DNA of 64,000 nucleotides from an uncultured Pseudomonadota bacterium. GTDB taxonomy: Bacteria; Pseudomonadota; Gammaproteobacteria; Burkholderiales; Gallionellaceae. Numbering within the stretch: position 1 is the stretch's first letter; each line of letters begins with the position of its first letter. The translations under genes were made by a program, and so were the position numbers. The stretch is from the NCBI GenBank assembly GCA_963718345.1, contig CAVQZH010000012.1, positions 23,406 to 87,405 on the forward strand. The letters are read 5' to 3'. Positions 9,788-20,481 of the stretch are shown piece after piece. A model generated the notes under the pieces. That model was given only the letters and a program-made list of their open reading frames with translations. It ran no database searches and was not told the origin of the DNA.

Positions 9788-10774
9788 ATGGAACGCCTCA
9801 CAGCTAACAAGAAGAAAATCGCGCTTGCGCTCGCCTTGGTTGCCCTGCTGGCCGGCAGCGCGTATGTCTATTATTCCGGTTTTTCACGCAGCACGGAAAA
9901 CGCCTACATCAACGCGGACGTGGTCAGCGTCGCCGCGCAGGTCAGCGGACGCGTTGTTGCCGTGCAGGTCAAGGATAACCAGCACGTGCGCAAGGGCGAC
10001 GCGCTGTTCGATGTCGATCCTGAGCCCTTCACCATCGCCCTCGAACGCGCCCAGGCGGACCTGGCGCAGGCCCGGCAGAACGCCCGGCAGGATAATGCCG
10101 AAGTCGCCTCCGCCCGCGCTATGGTTAGCCAAGCCGAGAGCGACTATGCCAATGCCCGCAGCACTTATACCCGCGACAAGGAACTGGTGGATCAGCATTT
10201 CCTGTCGCAGCAAGTTCTCGATGACGCACAAACCCGCATGCAGGCCCTGCAGGCGTCGGTGGAACAGGCCCGCGCCAAATTAACCAAGGCGCTTTCCGCC
10301 CCACTGAATAGCGGTGAGCGCGGCGACGTATTGAAAGCGCAGGCCACCATTGACCAGGCCAAGCTCGATCTGGAACATACTCATATCACCGCAGCGCTGG
10401 ACGGTCAGATCAGCAACCTTTCGCTCACACCGGGTTCGCTGGTCGGCGTCGGCGTTCCGCTGTTCGCGCTCATTGCCGACAACAGTTTTCACATTGATGC
10501 CAACTACAAGGAAACCGAGCTGCCCGGCATCCATCCCGGCCAGGATGTGGATATCCGGATCGACATGTATCCCGGCCAGCACTTCAAGGGCACCGTGGAA
10601 AGCATCAGCGGCGGTACCGGAACGGCCTTCTCGCTGTTGCCACCGCAGAACGCCACCGGTAACTGGGTGAAGATCGCCCAGCGCGTGCCGGTACGCATCA
10701 AGTTCGCCCCTACCGATGCCGCACATCCTCTACGCATCGGCGCCACTGCAACCGTGAGCGTGCAACTGAAGTAA
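9788..10774 (+). CDS. emrA: HlyD/EmrA-family efflux adaptor
   Basis: ATG at 9788; STENAYINAD, QVSGRV, ANYKETEL, FSLLPPQNATGNWVKIAQRVPV. Confidence 0.9.
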   Translation: MERLTANKKKIALALALVALLAGSAYVYYSGFSRSTENAYINADVVSVAAQVSGRVVAVQVKDNQHVRKGDALFDVDPEPFTIALERAQADLAQARQNARQDNAEVASARAMVSQAESDYANARSTYTRDKELVDQHFLSQQVLDDAQTRMQALQASVEQARAKLTKALSAPLNSGERGDVLKAQATIDQAKLDLEHTHITAALDGQISNLSLTPGSLVGVGVPLFALIADNSFHIDANYKETELPGIHPGQDVDIRIDMYPGQHFKGTVESISGGTGTAFSLLPPQNATGNWVKIAQRVPVRIKFAPTDAAHPLRIGATATVSVQLK

Positions 10775-10781
10775 CGCAAAT

Positions 10782-12299
10782 ATGAATAGCAACAGGGTAT
10801 TGACCGGCATCGCAGTAATGGCCGCGACCATCATGCAGGTGCTGGATACCACCATCATCAACGTGGCGTTACCCAACATGGTGGGCGAACTCGACGCCAC
10901 GCCCGACAACATCAGCTGGGTGCTAACCTCCTACCTGATCGCTTCGGCCATCATCATGCCGCTCACCGGCTTCATCACCGACCGCATCGGGCAGAAACGC
11001 TTCCTGCTGATCAGCATCGCCGGTTTCGTCATCACTTCGATGCTGTGTGGCATCGCCACCAGTCTCTCGCAGATGGTGTTGTTCCGCCTCCTGCAGGGCG
11101 TGTTTGGCGCGGCGCTGGTGCCGCTGTCGCAGTCCATCATGCTGCAAATATTTCCCGGTGAGCAACGCGGAAAAGCGATGGCAATCTGGAGTATGGGCGT
11201 GATGGTCGCGCCCATCATGGGACCGACTTTAGGCGGTTGGCTTACCGAAACAATCAGCTGGCGCTGGACGTTTTACATCAATTTGCCCGTCGGCATCATC
11301 TCCTTCATCCTCGCCATGCGTCATGTCCACGACACACCCACGAAAGAACGGCGCATGGATTGGACGGGCTTCGCCACGCTAGCCCTGGGCATCGGCGCAC
11401 TGCAACTGATACTTGATCGCGGCAATCAGGACGACTGGTTTAGCTCGCAAACGCTGGTGATAGCCACTTTCGTCACCGTGATCTCTTTGACCTTTTTCGT
11501 CATTTACACACTCACGGGAAAACACCATCCGCTGTTCGACCTGCGCATCTTCAAGGACCGCAACTATCTGGTCGCCAGCCTGATCATGACTACCATCGGT
11601 ATCGGCTTTTTCGGCGGCATGCTGCTGCAATCGCTGTTCCTGCAGAACTTCCTCGGCTATCCGACTTTCGAGGCCGGACTGTACATGGCACCACGCGGAC
11701 TGGCCTCGTTCCTGGTGATGATCTTCGTCGGCAAATTCGTCGGCAGGATACCGCCACGCAACTTCATCTTTGCCGGTATCTGCGCCAGCATCGCAGGCAA
11801 CTATTTGATGACGCGTTTCACCGGCGACATCACTGCCTCCGACCTGATCCTGCCGATGATGCTGCAAGGCATGGGCATGGGTCTGATTTTCGTGCCCATC
11901 TCCACCCTCGCCTTCACCACCCTGCCAAAGGAAACTGCCGCCGAAGCCGCCGGTATCTACAGCCTGATCCGCGCAGTCGGCTCGTCGTTCGGCATTGCCA
12001 TCCTCGCCACCTACTTCTCGCGCAGCACGCAGCAAAGCTGGGGCCTGTTGCGCGGCGATATCACGCCATATAGCGAGGCATTGCGTACCTATTTGGCCCC
12101 GCTTCACCTGGGCGCTCAGGACCCGCAAGGAATCGCGTTCGCGGCAAGAGCGGTTCTGCATCAGGCCCAAAACATCGGATACATCGACAGCTTCTGGTTT
12201 GCCACGCTTAACTTTGTCATGATGCTGCCCCTGTTGTTGCTGGTGCAGACTCCCAGGAAAGGCGCTGCCGCACCGCAGCCCGTGGTAAACCTGGAATAG
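10782..12299 (+). CDS. emrB: DHA2-family MFS efflux permease (EmrB/QacA)
   Basis: LDTTIINVALP, WVLTSYL, APIMGPTLGGWL, WRWTFYINLPVG, LDRGNQDDWF. Confidence 0.92.
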   Translation: MNSNRVLTGIAVMAATIMQVLDTTIINVALPNMVGELDATPDNISWVLTSYLIASAIIMPLTGFITDRIGQKRFLLISIAGFVITSMLCGIATSLSQMVLFRLLQGVFGAALVPLSQSIMLQIFPGEQRGKAMAIWSMGVMVAPIMGPTLGGWLTETISWRWTFYINLPVGIISFILAMRHVHDTPTKERRMDWTGFATLALGIGALQLILDRGNQDDWFSSQTLVIATFVTVISLTFFVIYTLTGKHHPLFDLRIFKDRNYLVASLIMTTIGIGFFGGMLLQSLFLQNFLGYPTFEAGLYMAPRGLASFLVMIFVGKFVGRIPPRNFIFAGICASIAGNYLMTRFTGDITASDLILPMMLQGMGMGLIFVPISTLAFTTLPKETAAEAAGIYSLIRAVGSSFGIAILATYFSRSTQQSWGLLRGDITPYSEALRTYLAPLHLGAQDPQGIAFAARAVLHQAQNIGYIDSFWFATLNFVMMLPLLLLVQTPRKGAAAPQPVVNLE

Positions 12300-12329
12300 G
12301 ATTTCTCCGGCTTACCGCGAGCAGAGTAT

Positions 12330-12351
12330 TTTCAAAGTTGCTACTTTGAAA
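12330..12351. terminator. AT-rich hairpin after emrB (terminator or operator)
   Basis: TTTCAAAGT-TGCT-ACTTTGAAA perfect 9-bp inverted repeat. Confidence 0.4.
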
Positions 12352-12606
12352 TTGCCTCGAATGCTGCCTTGCATATTCCCAGTCATCTATTCAGAAGTTA
12401 ATACTAATTATTACTAATTCATCGTCCGCGGGCGGCTGATTCCCATATAGCCATAAAACCGTTACGTATCAATCTATTGAGGATTATCGTTCACTCTTAC
12501 TACGCCTCCCTGCCCTCTGCATGCCGCGCTATAATCTTTTGCGTTCCCCGTTTTTGCATTTGGAGCAATTGCAACTTTCTCGTTTCATACTTTGGAGCCA
12601 TTCGCC

Positions 12607-15299
12607 ATGTCCCACAATCTGTTCGATACGCGCAAAACTTTCAACCTCGCAAACAACAAGCAATCCACGTTGTACTCGCTGCCCGCGCTTGAAGCCGCAG
12701 GCGTTGGAACAATATCGCGCCTGCCAGTCTCTATCCGCATCGTGTTGGAATCGGTACTGCGCAATTGCGACGGCAAGAAGGTAACCGAGGCGCATGTGCG
12801 CCAGCTGGCGAACTGGAAGCCGAATGCGGCGCGTACTGACGAGATTCCCTTTGTAGTTGCACGTATCGTATTGCAGGACTTCACCGGCGTACCGCTGCTG
12901 GCTGACCTCGCTGCCATGCGCGATGCCGCAGCAAAAATTGGCAAGAATCCAAAAATCATCGAGCCGCTCGTTCCCGTGAACCTGGTCGTCGACCACTCGG
13001 TGCAGATCGACTATTTCAACCAGCCCGACGCGCTGAAGCTGAACATGGAAATGGAATTCGAGCGCAACACCGAGCGCTATCGCTTCATGAAATGGGGCAT
13101 GCAGGCATTCGACACCTTCAAGGTCGTGCCACCCGGCATCGGCATCGTGCACCAGGTCAACCTGGAATATCTGGCACGCGGCGTGATTCAGAAAGACGGC
13201 GTGACTTATCCCGACACATTGGTGGGCACCGACAGCCACACCACCATGATCAACGGCATCGGCGTGGTCGGCTGGGGCGTGGGCGGCATCGAGGCGGAAG
13301 CCGGCATGCTGGGCCAGCCCGTGTACTTCCTGACACCGGATGTGGTCGGTGTGCACCTGAAAGGCAAGCTGCAAGGAAGGCGTCACCGCGACCGACCTGG
13401 TGCTGACCGTCACCGAACTGCTGCGCAAACAAAAAGTGGTGGGCAAGTTCGTCGAGTTCTTCGGCGAAGGTACTTCCGCCCTCACCCTGCCCGACCGCGC
13501 CACCATTGCGAATATGGCGCCCGAATACGGCGCCACCATGGGCTTCTTCCCGGTGGACGAAGTCACTGTGAATTTCATGCGCAACACCGGACGCACGGAT
13601 GAAGAAGTCGCTGCCTTCGAGGCTTACTTCAAGGCGCAGGGCCTGTTCGGCGTGCCCAAGGACGGCAGCATCGATTACAGCGGCGTGGTGGAACTGGACC
13701 TGAACAGCATCGAACCTTCGCTGGCCGGACCGAAGCGTCCGCAAGACCGTATCGCGTTGTCCAAGATGAAGGAGTCGTTCAACACGCTGTACAGCAAGCC
13801 CATCGCCGAGAACGGCTTCAACCAGCCCGCCGACAAACTGGCCAAGCGTTTCCCTACCGGCAAGAACAACACCGTTATCGGCAACGGCGATGTGATGATC
13901 GCCGCGATCACCAGTTGCACCAACACTTCCAACCCCGGCGTGCTGCTGGCCGCCGGCCTGCTGGCAAAGAAGGCAGTTGCGAAAGGCCTGACCGTTGCAC
14001 CGCACATCAAGACTTCGCTCGCTCCCGGATCGCGCGTGGTCACCGAATACCTGACCAACGCCGGTCTGCTGCACTCTCTGGAAGCAACTGGGCTTCAACG
14101 TGGCCGCTTACGGCTGCACCACCTGCATCGGCAATGCCGGCCCCCTGAGTGAAGACATCGACAAGACCATCACCGACAACGGTCTGGTCTGTGCAGCCGT
14201 GCTCTCCGGCAACCGCAACTTCGAGGCGCGTATCCACCCGAACCTGAAAGCCAACTTCCTCGCTTCGCCGCCACTGGTGGTCGCCTACGCCATCGCGGGC
14301 AAGATGAACATCAACCTCGACACCGAGCCGCTGGGCACTGGCAAAGACGGCCAGCCCGTGTTCCTGAAGGACATCTGGCCGAACAGCGCGGAGATCCAGA
14401 CCGTGATGAAGTTCGCTGCCGACCCGGCGGTGTATCGCAAACTGTATTCCGACCTGACCAAAGACCTGCCGTTGTGGAACGCCATCAAGGCGCCTACCGG
14501 CGAACTCTATCAGTGGGATGATTCCACCTACATCGCGCGTCCGCCGTTCTTCGATGGCGCCGTCCCCAAAGTCGGTGACATCAAGGGCGCGAAAGCGCTG
14601 GCACTCATGGGCGACTCGGTCACCACCGACCACATCAGCCCGGCCGGCAGCTTCAAGCCCACCACGCCGGCAGGCAAATATCTGCAAGCACACAAGGTGG
14701 AGGTGAAAGACTTCAACAGCTACGGTTCGCGCCGCGGCAACCATGAAGTGATGATGCGCGGCACCTTCGCCAACGTGCGCATCAAGAACCTGATGCTGCC
14801 ACCGAACGCGGACGGCAGCCGCGTCGAAGGCGGCTACACCCTGTACAAGGGCGAACAAGTGGCGATCTACGACGCCGCGATGAAGCACATCGCCGACGGC
14901 ACGCCGACCGTGATTTTTGCGGGCGAGGAATACGGCACCGGCTCATCACGCGACTGGGCAGCAAAAGGTACGCGATTGCTGGGTGTGAAGGCCGTCATCG
15001 CCAAGAGCTACGAACGCATTCACCGCAGCAACCTGGTGGGCATGGGCGTATTGCCGCTGCAATTCAAGGGCAGCGACAGCGCAGCCAGCCTGAACCTGAC
15101 CGGCGACGAGACGTTCGACCTGATCGGCATCAGCGACAACATGAAGCCGCAACAGGACGTGACGCTGACCGTTACGCGCAAAGATGGCAGCAAGCAAAGC
15201 GTCGCGCTCCTCCTTCGCATCGACACCCCGATCGAAGTGGACTACTACCGTGCGGGCGGCATCCTGCCGTATGTGCTGAAGGAATTGGTGAGCCGGTAA
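12607..15299 (+). CDS. acnA: Aconitate hydratase A; frameshifts near 13375 and 14085
   Basis: Three consecutive ORF pieces carry [73 protein letters not shown]. Confidence 0.93.
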
Positions 15300-15400
15300 G
15301 GCATTTGTCGTACAAGCGGAGCTAAATTCCGCTGGTGCAGTCAGTTACTTAATATCGCATCACCCAGCACCAATCGAATAGATACGTTACAGACGGAACG

Positions 15401-15437
15401 AAAGGGCCCTTGTTTGAATCAGGACAAGGGCCTTTTT
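15401..15437 (+). terminator. Rho-independent terminator after acnA
   Basis: AAAGGGCCCTTGT...ACAAGGGCCTTTTT hairpin with T-tail. Confidence 0.7.
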
Positions 15438-15812
15438 ACGCGTCGTTATTCGTCCTGTCGGAAGCACCGCCGCGACTTCCAGTCGTACGCTGTTTCGATT
15501 GTCGGTATTGGGTTGTGCCGCCTAATCGATCGCCGTTAATTCTCATTCGCATCCTGATTGGATCAAACACGACCAATTCTTTAAATTATAAAAAGGGTCG
15601 GGTATCAGCCAAGTTACCGTCTTAACACACTTCAGTTACGTGGCAGGAATACAGTGCCCATAGTGATTTTGTTTATGCAGTTTTCAGCACGTCTTAGTGA
15701 CTACCATACGCAGATTCAAAGTCACAATCCAAGCTATGTTAATTGCGTTAAAAAGCAGGTTCGCAAATGCAGCTAACGATGCTTACCCGTTATATTTAAT
15801 GAAGGAGCTATC

Positions 15813-16133
15813 ATGAAGTTGTTAATTGCACTGACCTGTCTGCTGCTTGCCGCTTTCGCTTCGCCCGCATTTGCACACCATGGCAACGAGTGTGCGAACA
15901 CCGCCGCTACAATCAAAGATCAGCAGGAACGCACGGCTTATACAAAAGATTGTCTGGCAAGAGCGGCAGCCCATGAAAACTCCGAAACAATCGGACAAAA
16001 AGAAAAGGAGGCCACCTGCGATCAAAATGCCAAGAACCAGAAAATGGAAGGCGATGCCAAATTTGCCTATCTGAGGCACTGCTATCAAGAGAATGATTTC
16101 AATCCCAATGAAATACCGGATCCGAGAAAGTGA
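15813..16133 (+). CDS. Small secreted PsiF-repeat-like protein
   Basis: AAGGAG RBS; signal peptide ending AFA; two Cys-pair repeats (C...ERTAYTKDCL; TCDQNAK..MEGDAKFAYLRHC). Confidence 0.65.
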   Translation: MKLLIALTCLLLAAFASPAFAHHGNECANTAATIKDQQERTAYTKDCLARAAAHENSETIGQKEKEATCDQNAKNQKMEGDAKFAYLRHCYQENDFNPNEIPDPRK

Positions 16134-16192
16134 TTCGTTCCAGGTTTCTTGCCTGTCGTTTTCCTGGCAAGAATACTTTCGGCAAGTCTTCT

Positions 16193-16226
16193 AAAATGTC
16201 GCCGCAAAAATCGTGGCGACATTTTT
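16193..16226 (+). terminator. Rho-independent terminator
   Basis: AAAATGTCGCCGC-AAAAATC-GTGGCGACATTTTT. Confidence 0.7.
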
Positions 16227-16516
16227 AGCGTAACTACCCCGTTTCTTTGACTTTTGCCTTATCAAGCCTGCATTGATTCCACATCTGCTACCGTCAGCTA
16301 AATGCATGGCTAAAGGATACTCAACTGAATTCATCGGCTTGTTTGCGGGGTTGTTTCGTTCGTCCGCACTAACCGATTGAATTATTCAAACATTCCCATC
16401 GACGGATGTTTAGACCTAGGTCTGATAAATTCAGTACCTAGGTCCCATGACTTCATTGCTGTATTCGTATCTAATCACATATCAGCGGGTTTGATTGAAA
16501 GTCATGGACATTCGCA

Positions 16517-16951
16517 ATGAAGAAGCCAAAGTGGAACCTTGAGTGGAGCGACGGGATGAGCGTTGGGATCCCCGAAATCGACGAGGATCACAAGCGATTC
16601 ATCTTGCTGATTGATGAGCTGAATCTTTCAATCACCGAAAGAATGAAGGCAACTGAAATCAAAAAACGGTTGCAGCATGTCATTGAGGATGCGGATCGGC
16701 ATTTCGAGCAGGAAGAGAGATTCTTTCGGGAACAGTGCTATCCCAATGCGGAAGGACACGCGATCTCTCACGACAACGTCAGAAAAACGCTAAAGAAAAT
16801 TCAGGATTCATTCATTCCATATGGTCTGGAGGCCGAATGGCTGGATGCCGCGCTGATCATCAAGCAAATCCTCATTAGTCATATTCTTAATGAAGATATG
16901 CAATACGCGAACTATTTCAAATCACTCAAAACGGACATCGACAAGGAATAG
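16517..16951 (+). CDS. Single-domain bacteriohemerythrin
   Basis: W..MSVGIPEIDEDH, HFEQEE, YP...HxxxH, HILNEDMQY di-iron ligand pattern. Confidence 0.88.
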   Translation: MKKPKWNLEWSDGMSVGIPEIDEDHKRFILLIDELNLSITERMKATEIKKRLQHVIEDADRHFEQEERFFREQCYPNAEGHAISHDNVRKTLKKIQDSFIPYGLEAEWLDAALIIKQILISHILNEDMQYANYFKSLKTDIDKE

Positions 16952-17017
16952 CGCCCACTCATGGTCGATTTGCGGGTTCATCGACAACTTGCCAGTCAAG
17001 CAAACAGATTTTGCGCA

Positions 17018-17857
17018 TCACTTTTTCCCGTATCGCAAGACCAGCCAGATACCACCGAGAATCAGCGCAGATGCAATCAGCAAAACGCGCGTAAGCGTTT
17101 CGCCTAACATGACAATCCCGCCCAGTGCGGCGAGTACCGGCGCACTAAGCTGTATCGTCGAGGCCGTCATCGCGCGCATGTGTTGCAGGACCCGGTACCA
17201 CATGACATAACCCAGACCGGAAGCCAGCGCGCCGGACAGCACGGCATATAACACACCACGCGCATCCCAGTGCAGCCAAGGCAAGGCACACAAAATCAGG
17301 ATGACGACCAGGGGCACCGTGCGCAGGAAATTGCCCGCAGTCGCGGCGGCAGGATTGGGCAGGCCGCGCCCAAAAAGGGAATACGCCCCCCATGCAATTC
17401 CGCTAGCCAACATCAATATCGAATCCGACAGGGACGGTGCCGCCACCCCAGGTGATACGAGAATCACCAATCCTGTCATCGCCGCCACGAAGCCGGCGAT
17501 TTGCCATACGCTCATGCGCTCACCCAAAATGAAACCGGCAAGGATCATGGTCATTTGTACCGCACCGAACAACATCAATGCTCCGGCACCGGTGTTGATG
17601 GTGCGGTAGGCAAACGAAAGTGCAACCGCATAAATAAACAAGGCTAGCGCACTGCGCCAGGAACCGTGTTTGAGCGGCGCCTGATCTTGCCAGCGCATCA
17701 GGAACCAGAGCATCACAGCACCGGAAAGGAGTCGAACAGACGTAAAACTTGCAGCATCGATGCTGGTTTCCTTGAGGGCCATGCGACACAACAGCGAATT
17801 GCTGGCAAAAGCAACCATGGTCAGCGCCGTATTGGCGGCAAGGCGTATTCTATTCAT
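17018..17857 (-). CDS. DMT/EamA-family transporter
   Basis: About 10 TM helices; AFASNSLLCRMAL, GAGALMLFGAVQ, SGLGYVMWY. Confidence 0.88.
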   Translation of the reverse strand: MNRIRLAANTALTMVAFASNSLLCRMALKETSIDAASFTSVRLLSGAVMLWFLMRWQDQAPLKHGSWRSALALFIYAVALSFAYRTINTGAGALMLFGAVQMTMILAGFILGERMSVWQIAGFVAAMTGLVILVSPGVAAPSLSDSILMLASGIAWGAYSLFGRGLPNPAAATAGNFLRTVPLVVILILCALPWLHWDARGVLYAVLSGALASGLGYVMWYRVLQHMRAMTASTIQLSAPVLAALGGIVMLGETLTRVLLIASALILGGIWLVLRYGKK

Positions 17858-17868
17858 GATTCAGCCGG

Positions 17869-18871
17869 TCAGGCCGCCTGACGCAATAGATGGCGGGGCT
17901 CGTCGGCAGACAGGCTCAGGTAGTGCACATTGAACAGGCCGGCATGGTCGCTCCAGGTTGCCTTGAGGTGCCAGCCTGCCTCAAGCGCCAGTTGCTGAAA
18001 TTCGTGCGCGGTATATTTGTACGAGTTCTCGGTGTGTATGGTTTCGCCTTCCTCAAAGCGGAAAACTTCATTTCCCAATCGAATGATTTGATTGCATCGG
18101 CTGACCAAGTGCATTTCGATTCGTCCCAGCATCGCGTTGTAATAGGCATAGTGAGAAAACTCTTCCGCATCGACCTCTGCACCCAGTTCGCGCCGCATGC
18201 GGGTCAGCAGATTGAGATTGAACGCGGCAGTGTAACCGTCCGCATCGTTGTAGGCGGCATTGAGCAGTTCGGGCGATTTCTTGCAGTCTACTCCAATCAG
18301 TAATGCGCCGTTGCTGTCGAGCAATCCAGCTGCATGCCGGAGTAATTCGACGGCACCTTCCGGGGTGTAATTGCCAATGGTCGAGCCGGGAAAGTAAATG
18401 ACCTTCCGCCGCCCCAAATGGCGCTCGAGTACATCGGGGGACAATTGTGTGTAGTCCATGCACAGGGGATGCATTTGCATGGATGGAAACATCGTCTGCA
18501 GGCGCCGCGAGCTTTGTCGCAAATTCGGTTCGCAAATATCAACCGGGACATAAACGGCATCTTCGGCCAGATGTTGCAGCAGCAAAGGTGTCTTGATGGC
18601 GCTACCGCTACCCAACTCGATCAGCACACTGGAAGTACCGATCAACGCGGCCATTTCTGCGCCATAACGTTCCAGAATACGCGTCTCGGTGCGCGTCGGA
18701 TAATACTCCGGCGTAGTACAGATCAAATCGAACAGATACGAACCGTGGGCATCGTAAAAGAATTTTGGCGGTATGGATTTGGGTTGCTGGCGCAAGCCCG
18801 GCGCGTACGCACGCGAGAAAATCATTCTCTTGCGGTACGGACAGAATAGCCGTCGTTTCGCTGCGCATCAT
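17869..18871 (-). CDS. egtD: L-histidine N-alpha-trimethyltransferase; frameshift near 18797
   Basis: KSIPPKFFYDxxGSxLF, PEYYPTRTE, IELGSGS, FPGSTIGN, AYNDxxGYTAAFNLN, IHTENSYKY; start at 18871 overlaps the egtB stop. Confidence 0.92.
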
Positions 18872-20121
18872 GCATCCTCCGCCAGACGCAGGCCCGAGAA
18901 CATCCAGCGGTCAGCCGGCCGGAAAAAATTGCGGTAACTGACGCGCAAATGATCTCGTGCCGTGACGCAGCTCCCGCCGCGCAGCACCATTTGGTCGCTC
19001 ATGAACTTGCCGTTATATTCGCCCAATGTGCCGGGCAGCGGACGGAATCCCGGATAGGGCAGGTAAGCACTCTGCGTCCACTCCCACAAATCGCCATGCA
19101 GCTGCGTCAGCCCCGCCTGTTGCGCGGACTGCGGAAAATAGAGTCCGCTGTCCAGAAAATTGCCGGTAATCGCTTGCGAGCTGGCTGCATGCTCCCATTC
19201 CGCTTCGGTCGGTAGCCGCTTCCCCGCCCAGCGGGCATAAGCGTCCGCTTCGTAAAGGCTTAGATGTGACACCGGCTCGCTCATGCGCAAAGCATGCGCC
19301 CCGGTCAGGTCGAAATGTCGCCAGTTACCGCCGTCCCTCATCCAATACAAGGGTGCGTCCCATTGCCTGCTGTTGATGGTGTTCCAGGCATCGGACAGCC
19401 ACAAATCGGCACGCCGATAGCCTCCGTCATCCATGAAGGCCAGATATTCCGCGTTACTGATCAGCCGCGTACCCAGCCGAAAATCCTGCAACAGCGCTCG
19501 ATGCCGGGGCCGCTCATTGTCAAACGAAAATCCTATGTCGTCATGACCGATCTCGACGATGCCGCCTGCGAACTCCATCCATGCCATGTCTGAAAGCGGA
19601 ACGGCCGGCGCTGAAGCGAGAGGATCGCTGTAAACCGGTTGCAGCGGATTGATGGAGAAGTTGTACAGCGTGTCCATCAGCAACAATTCCTGGTGCTGTA
19701 TCTCATGTTCGATACCCAGGCGCACTCGCTCAAAGATCTCGGCGGCATGTTGCTCCGGCGGATTTGCCAACAGCTCCAGCAGCGCAATATCGACGTGACC
19801 GCGATAGCGATATACCTCATCCACCGTCGGGCGTGACAGCATGCCGCGTTGCGGCCGCGGAAAGAAGGTTCCAGCGGTTTCGTAGTATGAATTGAACAGA
19901 AACGCAAAGTCGCGGTGGAAGACGCGGTATTTGTCGTCGAACGGACGCAGAATGAACGCCTCGAAGAACCAGCTGACATGCGCGAGATGCCATTTGGGCG
20001 GACTCACTTCCGGCATCGCCTGGATGCAGTAGTCTTCCACTTCCAGCGGAGCGCAAAGCGACACCGACCTGGCGCGGACCAATCTAAAGCGTTCGATCAA
20101 AGCAGCATCGTTGATAGTCAA
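18868..20121 (-). CDS. egtB: Ergothioneine sulfoxide synthase EgtB (type II-like)
   Basis: SPPKWHLAH, FNSYY, HEIQHQELLL iron motif, FGE-like C-terminus (RLPTEAEWE, EYNGKFM, YRNFF); TTG start at 20121 after GGAGGA. Confidence 0.92.
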   Translation of the reverse strand: MTINDAALIERFRLVRARSVSLCAPLEVEDYCIQAMPEVSPPKWHLAHVSWFFEAFILRPFDDKYRVFHRDFAFLFNSYYETAGTFFPRPQRGMLSRPTVDEVYRYRGHVDIALLELLANPPEQHAAEIFERVRLGIEHEIQHQELLLMDTLYNFSINPLQPVYSDPLASAPAVPLSDMAWMEFAGGIVEIGHDDIGFSFDNERPRHRALLQDFRLGTRLISNAEYLAFMDDGGYRRADLWLSDAWNTINSRQWDAPLYWMRDGGNWRHFDLTGAHALRMSEPVSHLSLYEADAYARWAGKRLPTEAEWEHAASSQAITGNFLDSGLYFPQSAQQAGLTQLHGDLWEWTQSAYLPYPGFRPLPGTLGEYNGKFMSDQMVLRGGSCVTARDHLRVSYRNFFRPADRWMFSGLRLAEDA

Positions 20122-20122
20122 G

Positions 20123-20413
20123 TCATTCCTCCACTTGAACGCCATGCCAGAAGGCGATGTAGTCCTTGATATTGGCTGCTGCTGCCGACGGGGCCGGGTA
20201 GTACCATGCTGCATCCTCATTCACCATGCCGTCAATCTCGACATTGTAGTAACTCGCTTCACCCTTCCACGGGCAATGGGTATGCGATGCGCTGGGACGC
20301 AGGTATTCGCGCTTCACCGCAGACGGAGGGAAGTAGACATTTCCCTCCACCCGATGTATGGCAGCTGATGGTGCATCGGCGATTATTCGGTTGTTCCAGA
20401 AGGCTCTTGGCAT
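20123..20413 (-). CDS. DUF427 family protein
   Basis: VEGNVYFP, CPWKGEASYY, NEDAAWYYPAP, IAFWHGV. Confidence 0.9.
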   Translation of the reverse strand: MPRAFWNNRIIADAPSAAIHRVEGNVYFPPSAVKREYLRPSASHTHCPWKGEASYYNVEIDGMVNEDAAWYYPAPSAAAANIKDYIAFWHGVQVEE

Positions 20414-20481
20414 GATTTTCTCCGCAACAAGTTAAAACCAACGCAGGCAGGACAAATACCGTAATCGCAGTTCGGATGTAC

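Noticed and set aside
12607-15299. acnA as rpfA of the rpf cluster, or programmed frameshifting in acnA
   Set aside because: It lies more than 35 kb from rpfGCF, and the shifts lack slippery heptamers and match the window-wide indel pattern.
7156-20121. Selenoneine (senABC) pathway from selD plus an egtB homolog
   Set aside because: No senB glycosyltransferase is present, selD is paired with selU about 10 kb away, and the sulfoxide synthase has ordinary EgtB motifs and is coupled to egtD.
20121-20220. N-terminal extension of EgtB overlapping DUF427
   Set aside because: A TTG start at 20121 with a GGAGGA RBS right after the DUF427 stop explains the layout without overlap.
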